From Octopus sinensis (lineage: Eukaryota), in the NCBI RefSeq assembly GCF_006345805.1, contig NW_021832010.1, positions 1 to 64,000 of the forward strand: a DNA stretch of 64,000 nt, given 5' to 3'. Position numbers and translations under genes: made by a program. This document shows, piece by piece, positions 38,468 through 49,799 of the stretch. Numbering within the stretch: the stretch's first letter is position 1; each line of letters begins with the position of its first letter. A model generated the notes under the pieces. It was given only the letters and a program-made list of their open reading frames with translations, was not told the DNA's origin and ran no database searches.

Positions 38468-39065
38468 ATTAATTAACACAGCGTTCTTCGCATCTGCGCA
38501 TTCTTTTTTCCTTTTCAATATTTTATCCCGTGCATCAAAATTTTTATGGACAATTTCATGCCGACAGGTCTATTTCTTTGCTATTGACTTATCAAATGGA
38601 ACGGCATTAAAAACAATTGTGTAAGTCGGCGGTTAATATCATAATTCTATTATCCGGCTCAATATTATTTTTTCATGTCTCAATTTTGTTTTTAAAAAAG
38701 ACAATCATAGTTGATAATATATTTATCATAGTCGACGACTGGATGTATCTACATGTTTTCTCATTCATGTTTAATGATGTGATATTTTTGAGTATATCCC
38801 AAGAAAATATAATATTCAGTTTTTGCATGATATATTAGCTTGACAAATGTAAATATAACTGACATCACAGATGCAAAAATTAGTTTCATATTACTGAAAA
38901 CATTTTAGAATGGAAACTGGGTAAATTATTGCTGAAGAAGCATATAATATTAGGGCTAAAATCATTTACATTAAAAAACTACTGGGCATTAAAATAAAAA
39001 AATAAATACATAACCTAGAAAATTCTTATATTACGAGAACATCATGGAAGTGTAGGTTTATTTAA

Positions 39066-39340
39066 TGTCACCGGTTTTTAAGCGGACCACTCAAAAAATT
39101 GTATAAATCGTTTTCTTTATCCTGAAAATAGTTATACAATAAATTAGACCAAAAAAATCTGAGTAAGCAATTGTTTTTTCGAATAAATGCCTTTCCGTCA
39201 GAGAATTCAAATTTTTTGAGTGAATTCTCAATCTATGCTTTTCTCTTTTCATAAAGATCCCTAAACCCTTTGATTTTTTAATTTTTTGAAGATTTGATTT
39301 TGAAAGTACAACGAAACCCATTTTTACGTTGAATTTAATT
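39066..39340 (-). mobile_element. Ginger-like element remnant (TGTCACCGG end plus integrase N-terminus)
   Basis: tttaa|tgtcaccggtttttaagcggaccact resembles the 38467 TIR; LSKSNLQKI...EKHRLRIHSK resembles the N-terminus at 56724-56954. Confidence 0.55.
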
Positions 39341-40347
39341 AATTAATTATTACAATAATATAATAAAAATAAAACCAATTTTTATTTTAGTAAATATGTT
39401 AGAAGTGCTTTTTTTAATGCACATCGACAATTAATAACATTAAATACTTTGTACAAGTGATATTAGCAACTTGAGAAGTATTCTGAAATTTTTTTCACCC
39501 GGAATTCGCGAGATTTAGTGCCGTGTTGACTAAACAATACCAATGACGGCATGTGACTTACCTAATAAATATAAAAGTGAGGAATTTGCTGAAATATTAT
39601 GGATTACTGGAAGTATAGACTATCCCCGCATCCAGCTTGTCTTTCATTATATGAGAGAATACGGAATAAAGTCTATTTACCCCGTTACATTTAATTAATT
39701 TCTCTTTACAGAATAAGATAAGCCAATGGACATTTCCATTTACAACACTTTTTTCGAAATTATCATAACTTGATTCAATTATATTCCCTGACTAAAAAAT
39801 TAGCCCACACAGAAACTTTATTTTGTCTAAGCAGTCGAGTTTAATGACAAATGTCATGATGCCCTAATAAATCATGTTCTAGTCAAATATACCATGATGG
39901 GATGACCATGACCAAAAAGCATGAAGCTTTTTATTCATGCAAAGTGACCAAAAATAATACTGTCGACAATACATGGAACATTAATAATTAATGCATCTCT
40001 TATTGAGTTCCAGTTTTGGTTAACCAACTCAAAAATATATTAAAAATTATATAAAATAAGAAGATGAGTCCCCAGTTTATAAGATTCTTTTAGCTAACTC
40101 AAATATTTGTGATAAAATTGTACAAACAAAATGAAGTCTCCTAACATAAACCAAAATGACTGTTTAGATTTAACAACGCGCTACTAAAACAACAAGAAAT
40201 TCCCTTCTACATACTCACTACAGAATTTGGACATTTAAGTTTCCATATCTTAATAATAAAATGGTATGGTGTGTGTCTGTCTGCCTGTCTGTCTGTGTGT
40301 CTGTCTGTCTGTCTGTGTGTGCACACCAACTTCAAATTGGCAATACG

Positions 40348-41510
40348 ATGTCCTCGACTTACATGATGAGGTCCTTAAAACCTTCCCCCCAAAAAAATTA
40401 AAAAATTTTTCTGCATTTTGGTTAAAATGAACAACTACAATGTCCTCGACTTACATGATGAAGTCCTTAAAACCTTCCCCCCAAAAAAAATTAAAAAAAA
40501 ATTTTCTGGCATTTTGGTTAAAATGAACAACTACAATGTCCTCGACTTACATGATGAAGTCCTTAAAACCTTCCCCCCAAAAAAATTAAAAAAAAATTTT
40601 CTGCTGCATTTTGGTTAAAATGAACAACTACAATGTCCTCAACATACATGATGAAGTCCTTAAAACCTTCCCCCCAAAAAAATTAAAAAATTTTTCTGCA
40701 TTTTGGTTAAAATGAACAACTACAATGTCCTCGACTTACATGATGAAGCCTTAAAAACTTCCCCCCAAAAAAATTAAAAAAAAATTTTCTGCATTTTGGT
40801 TAAAATGAACAACTACAATGTCCTCGACTTACATGATGAAGTCCTTAAAACCTTCCCCCCAAAAAAATTAAAAAAAAATTTTCTGCATTTTGGTTAAAAT
40901 GAAACCTACAATGTCCTCAACTTACATGAAGAAGTCCTTAAAACCTTCCCCCCCAAAAAAAATTAACAAAAATTTTCTGCATTTTGGTTAAAATGAACAA
41001 CTACAATGTCCTCGACTTACATGATGAAGTCCTTAAAACCTTCCCCCCAAAAAAATAAAAAAAAATTTCTGCATTTTGGTTAAAATGAACAACTACAATG
41101 TCCTCGACTTACATGATGAAGTCCTTAAAACCTTCCCCCCAAAAAAATTAAAAAAAAATTTTCTGCATTTTGGTTAAAATGAACAACTACAATGTCCTCG
41201 ACTTACATGATGAAGTCCTTAAAACCTTCCCCCCCAAAAAAATTAAAAAAAAATTTTCTGCATTTTGGTTAAAATGAACAACTACAATGTCCTCGACTTA
41301 CATGATGAAGTCCTTAAAACCTTCCCCCCCAAAAAAATTAAAAAAAAAATTTCTGCATTTTGGTTAAAATGAACAACTACAATGTCCTCGACTTACATGA
41401 TGAAGTCCTTAAAACCTTCCCCCCAAAAAATCAAAAAAAATTATTTTCTGCATTTTGATTAAAATGAACAACGCGAATGTCCTCGACATTCATGATGAGG
41501 TCCATTAAAA
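40348..41510 (+). repeat. 94-bp minisatellite, 13 copies
   Basis: Unit atgtcctcgacttacatgatgaagtccttaaaaccttc(n)a(n)tta(n)t(n)ctgcattttggttaaaatgaacaactaca; period 92-97 owing to homopolymer length variation. Confidence 0.95.
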
Positions 41511-41724
41511 CCTTCAAGGCAAAAATCTCACGTATTAAGAATATCCTTGATGAAAACGACAGCGAGAATATTAACATGATGAACTCCCAATTATTCGCGA
41601 AAAGAAATTCAATTCATCCTATGTTTTTCTCTTTAAAATTAAATGCATATATCATTATCGACCATGAATCAAAATTAAAGCTATTATCATATTTGACTTT
41701 GACAGAATGTGCAATCACAGATTG

Positions 41725-41925
41725 CACGACTTTGAATAGAGTGTGCAATTAACAGATTTTGAAAAACCACTTTGATAGTTGAAACCACATTAGCACAATC
41801 ATTAACACAATTACCACCAATTGACGCACGACCTTGAATAGAGTGTGCAATTAACAGATTTTGAAAAACACTTTGATAGTTGAAACCACATTAGCACAAC
41901 CATTAACACATTTACCACCAATTGA
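41725..41925 (+). repeat. ~100-bp tandem duplication inside the outer Helitron
   Basis: gcacgac.ttgaatagagtgtgcaattaacag...accaccaattgac occurs twice; the inner Helitron has one copy (~43035-43150). Confidence 0.85.
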
Positions 41926-41963
41926 CAGCGCAATCAGAAGAATTTGCGTAAAAATATTAACTA

Positions 41964-43705
41964 CTAGCTCGGCAGCTCGCTTCGCTCACCGCGACCTAGA
42001 TCCTGCGGAGGGCCTGTTTCATCAAACAACTATAAGTTTATGTAGATGTATAAACTACCTGGTTTAATGTAACCCTATTCTATCGCCTGTTGATAAACGA
42101 TGTTTGTCGTCCGTCCTTCTTGGCATATATGAATAAATTTTCTCTTCTGCCTACCCTCGAGCATCCACCACATACAACTGTCCATGTGAAAAGCACTCAC
42201 TCTCTAAAAATAACCCAACTATCTTTAATGACTGTCCCTGGGCCTTGTTTATTGTCATTGCAAAACTCATCCTCAAAGGAAATTGCAGCCTTTTAAATCT
42301 AAATGGTAATTCATCAGAAATTATCGGAATTCGTGGAATATAAACATCCTCACCTCTATACTTACCTGTTAATATCGTCGCCTCTATTACGTTAGCCATC
42401 AAATTTTTGATAACTAACCTCGTTCCGTTGCATAATTTAGGTGCGCAAGATTTCGTAATAAACCACTGGAACGCCTATCTTTAACTTTAAAAGATGATTC
42501 GGCATTCCAGAGGGATCTAAGGAGTTTAAAAATTCAATCCGGTTGAATTTTTAGAAAATAACAAAAAAATAAAGAAAAACAAATAAAAATGAATAATTTA
42601 AAAACAAAAAAATAAAAAAAAAAAAAACAAAAAACTTTAAAAATTGTAAAATAGTATAAACAAAAAAAAATCTGCCGCCACGGCAACAACCAGTCTAATT
42701 TTTTAACAGCCAATTAAGATAATGCTTAAGACCTTTATAGTCCGGAGATTTAGCTTAGTGACCTTGATTAGACAAATCACTGCGGAAATGGGGCAGCCGG
42801 AGATGCGGCAGCAGAGTAGCAGCAGCCAAAAAAGCGACACACTAAAAGATTTAATTAATTACCTTAAGCTGACCGTTTTTTCTTCAGCTTCGTTTTTCCT
42901 CCTTCGGTATCTATTTAAAAAATTTTTTGAATAATAAAAAAGTTTAGGAAAAGAGGCATACCAAAAATAAATTCTATCTTTACGAAAAACTTAACTAAAT
43001 AGTTAATATTTTTACGCAAATTCTTCTGATTGCGCTGTCAATTGGTGGTAAATTGTGTTAATGATTGTGTTAATGATTGTGCTAATGTGGTTTTAACTAT
43101 CAAAGTGTTTTTCAAAATCTGTTAATGCACACTCTATTCAAGGTCGTGCAATCTGTAATTGCACATTCTGTCAAAGTCAAATATGATAATAGCTTTAATT
43201 TTGATTCATGGTCGATAATGATATATGCATTTAATTTTAAAGAGAAAATCATAGGATGAATTGAATTTCTTTATCGCGAATAATTGGGAGTTCATCATTG
43301 TTAATATTCTCGCTGTCGTTTTCATCAAGGATATTCTTAATACGTGAGATTTTGCCTCGAAGGTTTTAATGGACCTCATCATGAATGTCGAGGACATTAA
43401 CGTTGTTCATTTTAATCAAATGCAGAAAATAATTTGATTTTTTGGCGGAAGGTTTTAAGGACCTCATCATGTAAGTCGAGGACATCGTAGTTGTTCATTT
43501 TAACCAAAATGCAGAGAATTTTTTTTTAATTTTTTTTGGGGGGAAGGTTTTAAGGACCTCATCATGTAAGTCGAGGACATCGTAGTTGTTCATTTTGACC
43601 AAAATGCAGAAAATTTTTTTTTAATTTTTTTGGGGGGAAGGTTTTAAGGACCTCATCATGTAAGTCGAGGACATCGTATTGCCAATTTGAAGTTGGTGTG
43701 CACAC

Positions 43706-43736
<31 letters not shown>

Positions 43737-43762
43737 CACACCATACCATTTTATTATTAAGA
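41964..43762 (-). mobile_element. Non-autonomous Helitron (inner copy, inverted, nested in the outer copy)
   Basis: Same TC 5' end at 43762 and CTAG 3' end at 41964; inserted at an A|T without TSD; longer PIF1 fragment at ~42090-42530; 4 minisatellite units. Confidence 0.9.
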
Positions 43763-44439
43763 TTTACTTGAGTTTTTCGTAAAGATAGAATTTATTTTCG
43801 GTATGCCTCTTTTCCTAAACTTTTTTATTATTCAAAAATAATTTTTTAAATAGATAACCGAAGGAGGAAAAACGAAGCTGAAGAAAAAACGGTCAGCTTA
43901 ATAAGGTAATTAATTAAATCTTTTTTGTGTGTCGTTTTTTGGTTGTGTCTTTCTTGCCTGCCGCATTCCGCCTGCCGCATCTCCCCCTGCCCCATTTCCG
44001 CCAGTAAAAAACAAAAAAAGAAAAAAAAGGAAATTACAAAGGAAAATGAAAAAATTAAATATAAAAAAAATAAACTACAAAAAATGAAAAAAAAAGTGTG
44101 CAATGACAATAAACAAGGCCCAGGGACAGTCATTAAAGGTAGTTGGGTTATTTTTAGAGAGTGAGTGCTTTTCACATGGACAGCTGTATGTGGGATGCTC
44201 GAGGGTAGGCAGAAGAGAAAATTTATTCATATATGCCAAGGAAGGACGGACGACAAACATCGTTTATCAACAGGCGATAGAATAGGGTTATTAAACCAGG
44301 TAGTTTTATACATCTACATAAACTTATAGTTTTGATGAAACAGGCCCTCCGCAGGAGCTAGGTCGCGGTGAGCGAAGCGAGCTGCCGAGCTAGTAACTTA
44401 TAAAGATTGCAGTTGAATAATTCGTTATCTGCTGTCCTC

Positions 44440-45260
44440 CACTCAACTATTTATTCAGCTGGAAAAACAGAAATCAAGAGTATTTGGAACAAACAAGAGC
44501 ACCGCACAGGGAGATGCCCTATCCTCAGGTTTTGTTTATAACATACCTAGAGGCAAGTCTACTAGAAGCAAGGAGCAATATCCCCAGACATATAACAGAA
44601 GTCATCTACGCAGATGATATAGATCTAAAGACAACAGACCACCAATTAGAAGGTATTTTCAATAAACTGGTCAACATATTTGAAAAATAACCACGAGAAA
44701 ACAGAATATACAATAGGTCGGCAATACAAATAACGACACGAGGAAAATGGAGGCATACAAAAAAACTTAACACTCTTTTAGGAAATACAAAGAAAATACT
44801 ACGAAGAAAGCACCAACACCTTCCGCTCTTAGAAGACTAAACAACGTATGGTTACAAGATAAACAAATTTATATTTTTTAAAGATCAGATTATACAATAT
44901 GTTCTTAAAATCAGTCTTATTATACAACTCTACCTGAGTACTCATAATGCATGAAATGGAGAATCTAAACTTCTTTCATAGAATGCAGCTCAAATACATT
45001 CTAAGAATATTCCGACCAAAGCACATCTAAAAAAATACCTCTACTCCCATTACCATATATACTCCCCTGGACAGACAAATAAGAAGTAACAAGCCGGGCT
45101 TATTTGGTCACATTTTAAGATTGTCCAGAAAAACTCCTGTTAATCTCGTGATAGAACACCAGTACGTTCCTAACTTTTCTACATCAAGTTTAAAACCTTG
45201 AATGGAAAAAGGCTGACCTTGAGGTCCGAGGGAAACTGATAGCGATTAAAAAACGTATCC
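44440..45260 (+). mobile_element. RTE-like non-LTR retrotransposon fragment
   Basis: LFITYLE...VIYADDID, KKLNTLLG, LYNMFLKSVLLYNS, FFHRMQLKYIL, GLFGHILRL; many lesions. Confidence 0.75.
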
Positions 45261-45539
45261 AAGGTGGCAAAAGCGAAATAACTTTACTAAAGTTGTTTTG
45301 CGATGTGCTTATTATTAATAATAAATAAAGTTGGGTGACTTGATAGTGTGTAGTCAAAACTGATGCAATATATATCAAGCATATTTTCCCCGCAAGACGA
45401 AGCACAACTAACCAAAAAAGAGGGAAACAACGGAGAAGAGGCATACGTTGTCTCATTAACTTTCTCTCTCTTTTTTCGGCTTTTCTGTTTTAGTAAAAAA
45501 ATTCATTCATTCATTCAACTAACCAAATTAATAGACATT

Positions 45540-45830
45540 TGCACTGTAATCCACACGCCACATCCAGACTACTTGCATAGGACTCAGTTCTCACTCCGTC
45601 TGGTCAAGACCCGGTGGTTCGAGGACAGAAGGAAATCCCGCCGAGTCGAGGGCCCTCCGTATGATGTCATTCATAGCCGAGTGCCTCGGAAAGCGTCCGG
45701 CACTCCTCCTGGACGATAATGGATGCAGACCGAAAGGGTCAACAGTGCAGCCACAAAGACACACGTACGGGACACATTGCCTTAGCCCGAGGCGCAGAGA
45801 TTCCGATCCTTGCCGATTCATCTTCAAGGA
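45540..45830 (-). mobile_element. CRE-like RLE retrotransposon fragment
   Basis: [51 protein letters not shown] (CCHC region). Confidence 0.8.
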
Positions 45831-45959
45831 TTTTTTAAATCATTTTTTCTAATTTTATTAATAGTCCGCAAACAATTTTTTTGAATTTTTCTGAAAATAT
45901 CTTAACAACTCGATAATCAGATATTAATTTATTTATGTTTAAATATTGTAGAACATGGA

Positions 45960-46260
45960 CGGCCACTCAGTCGATCGCGTTGTATTTCTTGGTCGATCGC
46001 CTTCGAATAATTTTTTATTTATTTCGCATTATCTTAATTTGCGATGTTACTAGAAAATATAATAAACAAGTATAAACAAAGATTTAACGATTTCAAGAAA
46101 TTTTTTACATTTTCTCGTCTCCCTCAAGTCGTTTGTTTTCTAGGAAATTCTTCTACAAATGTCAGTGAAGAGTTGAGTTGCAGCTTTGGCGACGATTTCT
46201 GGGGTTTCAAGAAAATTACATATTTTGCAGTTTCTTTGCTTCCGTGCTTACAAAGAAAGA
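45960..46260 (+). mobile_element. hAT remnant
   Basis: gtcgatcgc subterminal motifs and LENIINKYKQRFNDFKK. Confidence 0.4.
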
Positions 46261-46904
46261 CTAAAAAATGTTTCAGAATTTAGAAAGATTTTGACGTTGA
46301 ACCAATAAAAATTAATTATAAATCGTAAATAACATCATTTTAAAATTTAAAATGTCAAATGTCAAATGTCAAAATGTGCAGATTTATGTCCAAGAAAAAT
46401 ATCCAATTTTGATTGATTGGTATCTACGATTTTTAAGCTTTAGAACCCAAATGCAGCTCAGATAAATTCTAAGAATTTGTCTATTATTTTTAAGCATCTT
46501 AATACACAACCCGGTTAACGGATGACCATTTGACAGATTGCAAGGATAGACCAATAAGGTATACGAGCCAGTATTTGAAATAATCGTAAAAGAATTACAA
46601 TGCCAAAAATTCCATTAACTTGTAATTATAAAATAAAAATCTTTTTTATTAAAATAAATAAATTAATCGCCAAAAAATCGAAATATGAAATTGGTTTGCC
46701 GGTGTAAAAAGTTGGCCGCTCCTGCCGTAGAACATCAATTTTTTTTAGACTATAGTCATAAATTACTACATATAAAAAATTAAACATTTTATTTGGTCCG
46801 CCTTTGAACTAAATGTTTAGATTAAGGAAATTAGATTTTATTTTATTTATTATATAAATTTATGAAGAATTCAATATAATTCTATTTCAAATTCATATAA
46901 ATTA

Positions 46905-46912
46905 TTTGGCGG
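46905..46912 (+). promoter_or_regulatory. E2F-like site TTTGGCGG upstream of the PCNA-like gene
   Basis: Ends 31 nt before the ATG; a second TTTTGGCG lies on the minus strand at ~46667. PCNA genes are typical E2F targets. The motif is short and could be chance. Confidence 0.35.
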
Positions 46913-46943
46913 ATTCAATTTTAGATTATTTTAGTGGGTCTAA

Positions 46944-47905
46944 ATGTTTACAGCCGAATTAAAAAATTCTGGAATATTCCGTCGATTGTTAAACTGCTTG
47001 CGAGGATTGGAGTATCAGGGCAAATTCAACGTCAGAGAAAAAGGCATGGAAATGCAGGTTTGCGACGGAGAACAGCTCTCCGTGGCCACCTTGTTCTTCA
47101 CGCCTTTGTGGTTCTCTAGTTTTGAGGTCAATCCAGAATTATCCTTTGGACTGATACTTCCCCAGTAACCCATAACGTTGTATTTTAGTTTAAAAATTAT
47201 TTTTGATTGGATTGGGGATGACAAATATGTGGATATTCGGGTCGACAATTCTATGGAAGTGATTTCTATCTATTCAGAAAACGGTAACATATACGACCAC
47301 ACATAAACAATAAATTTCAAAAATTTTATTTAATTTATAAAACTAATTATATCAAAAAAATATATAGAATCAACTGGATCATTTGAATTATATCAAATAA
47401 ATAACATAAAATTTGACAGGATCACAGTTGATATAAAAGTAAGTAATAAGTATTATTTAGGACATTTCCTACGACGCAATAGTGGTGATGGAGTCAGCCA
47501 AATTCCAGCAGATCTGCACAAATTTTAGTTCAATGTTCAAAGAAATGACAATTCGGACCGACGGGGAGTCCGTGTCCTTTGTGTGTCTCCACAATGTCAT
47601 CAAAGGTAGGTGGGAAATGACATGTGATTAAGCTCACTTGGAATTGAAGAAGAGTGATTCGGGAGAGGACCCGGTGTGGATAGAATTCAATAGATATGCC
47701 TCGAGGAAGGTTTTGTTGATTCATTTGAACGAGTACTGTCGGGCTGCCTCTTTGTCTGAGTATGTGGTCATTAAGTTGTCCAATTCCTTTCCTTTGTGTA
47801 TGTTCTTGCTCGCATTTACTAGGCATTGAGTATAAGCTCCTCAATTCTTTCGATCAACTCGATGGCAGTCATCTTAGCTTTTATATTACTCCTTCTGATT
47901 TATAA
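46944..47905 (+). CDS. PCNA: Highly divergent PCNA (sliding clamp), 6 exons, 259 aa
   Basis: Exons 46944-47164, 47189-47283, 47368-47438, 47461-47605, 47633-47797, 47823-47905 splice in frame (780 nt). Colinear with PCNA: MFTAEL, LSFGLIL, YDAIVVMESAKFQQIC, LIHLNEYCRAASLSEYVVIKLSNSFPLCIEYKL, HLSFYITP. Confidence 0.88.
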
Positions 47906-48089
47906 TTAATATATTTTTGACTTTTATTTGATTCTGTTTACTCTCGATTGCTCGCCATTTTTATAACTTGACATTTTTTTGGAAAAAATGTTATTTTTAC
48001 TAAGAAAATTTAAATTCTTTTACTCCCCACGTTTCGATATTAAAAATCAATTTCATGACAATTAATTATTTTAGATTGAACAAACAAAA

Positions 48090-48480
48090 GATTCTCGAAT
48101 TAGTTTAATTTATGAGAAAAGTTGTCGTTTTTTGGAACTTAAATATGCATTAATTGATAATCATTATCTGGATAGATTAAATGGGATCTATTGGAGTTTA
48201 ACGCAATGATGAGATACTTTTATCGAAAGCAACTTAATTTGCTGTTTTAAGCGGTTTTTTTGAATTTAAATCCAGCAAAGGTTCATGGAAAAGTTCAAAA
48301 AAAGACACACTGTAAAATTACGATTTTTTATGTTAAATTGAGATATACTCAGATGTGTTCAAAAAAGAAAATGAGCACTAAAAAAATTATTTTTTCAAAA
48401 ATAAATGAATAAGTTTTATATTTGCTAAAAAACACAATGGTTGTGCTTCAACCGATGGATCAGAAGATCATTATTATTAG
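48090..48480 (+). mobile_element. pogo/Tigger remnant
   Basis: FKSSKG.MEKFKKRH (CENP-B HTH) and VLQPMDQKII. Confidence 0.7.
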
Positions 48481-48496
48481 CACGAGAGCCATAATG

Positions 48497-49200
48497 TTTA
48501 TAACCCCGCACGTGCAGAAAAAGAAATTAGAGAACTAATTAGATTGCTCCAAGCTCTCCTGTTCTTAGCTAGTTTCCTCAGAGAGTCCAGATCGTCGCCA
48601 GATGCCAATGTTTTCTTAACGGTTTTCAGATCTTTTTTTAAAATGATTGGGACAGTAGTTCTCGGTCTTTTACGAAAGCGTCCTACATTAGAGGAAAGGT
48701 AGTAATCCTCCATTGCGATGTTCGGGGGATGTCGAGTGTAACTACACGACATGTCAAAAAAGTGTTTAACGAAAGCTTATAATCTGGGGGTACTGTCACA
48801 CTTATTGTACAGTGCGCTTTGCGAAATCCTGGATGGCCAAAACATTCCAGTTATGTTTTTAGATGATTCCTGTGAAACGAATCGAGCTTCTCCAACTCCT
48901 CTTTTCTTGTGTCCCAGGTCCAAGAGTTTTATAAGAAGATTGGTTTGATAAATGTGTCGAATATTCATAGTTTTTCAGTTTGTGTAATGCCCCGCTTGCC
49001 AGGGTTTTCCTTTGTATGATATCTTCACTGTCATCTAATAAAGAGCCAAGTTTCTTACCGCTTCTCCATTTCTCTTCGAGTGAATTGTTCATTCGTTTTA
49101 TTCTGTTCATTCTGTTTTTTCCTATTCATGATATGAAACCATTTTCCAAGTATATCTGATGCATTTTCTTATACATTTTCCAAGAGTTCTTTGTCTTCAG
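48497..49200 (-). mobile_element. RTE-like non-LTR retrotransposon 3' fragment
   Basis: EKWRSGKKLGSLLDDSEDIIQRKTLA, FRKRPRTTVPIILKKDL, LRKLAKNRRAW; (TAA)n-like tail near 48475. Confidence 0.85.
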
Positions 49201-49232
49201 AAATTAGGTCGAATCATAGCCATAAATCACTT

Positions 49233-49269
49233 CTTGCTTCTCGGCCTTTTGGCTAAGATAAAAGTTTAG
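49233..49269 (+). pseudogene. U2 snRNA 5' fragment (3'-truncated pseudogene)
   Basis: GCTTCTCGGCCTTTTGGCTAAGAT (49236-49259) is identical to the conserved U2 5' end, followed by a degenerate AAGTGTAG; the rest of U2 is absent. Confidence 0.8.
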
Positions 49270-49799
49270 AAGAATAGATCATTATTTAAATTGCATTTTA
49301 ACAGATATAAATTCAACCATATAATTGAAAAAGTAAATTACGGTTAAGCAAATTTTAAATGCTAAATATCAAAAGGGGTATTAATACAGTTAAATGTAGA
49401 TAAGTCTTTACAGGCTTATTCTTAAGAAAAAACTGAAAAGTATCTAGTTTGATGCTCGCCGATCCAGTCTTTCCCTGACATTTAGTCGAAGAGAAGCTAA
49501 ACTTTCTCGAAGATCTACAGTGCCAGAAAAGATGAGGAGGAAAAAAAATATACAAAACAAACAGAACATACGATTGTCAGGCTTTCCACTTTTGGTAATG
49601 TTTATTGTCCTTTTTTGACTGCATTTTGTATCCTAATATCAGATATCTGGAGCATCATTAAGATATGCGCTCTAGTATTTACAGTGTTTATAAACTACTA
49701 GGTAAAATTTTATTTTAATTAAAATAATGTTTTTTTTCATTAATAAAATATCTTAATTTTTAGTTACCCAATTATTAATAGAAAACCTAATAAATTATG

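Larger units (their letters stand above)
40248..44393 (+). mobile_element. Non-autonomous Helitron (outer copy)
   Basis: A|TCTTAATAATAAAATGG 5' end, (TGTC)n microsatellite, minisatellite, PIF1 C-terminus (MTINKAQGQSL...FSHGQLYVGCSRV) at 44100-44285, hairpin plus CTAG|T 3' end; no TSD. Confidence 0.9.

Noticed and set aside
40418-40618. ORF with a repeated peptide (MNNYNVLDLHDEVLK)
   Set aside because: Chance translation of the minisatellite; the frame breaks with homopolymer length changes.
40348-41510. CRISPR-like array
   Set aside because: Units are contiguous with no unique spacers, the context is eukaryotic, there are no cas genes, and it lies within a Helitron.
46944-47168. Assignment as Rad9/Rad1/Hus1
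   Set aside because: ATLFFTPLWF recalls Rad9, but the start, length (259 aa) and all downstream blocks follow PCNA.
49340-49700. Possible small minus-strand gene
   Set aside because: Intron-like signals are present but there is no coherent ORF or homology.
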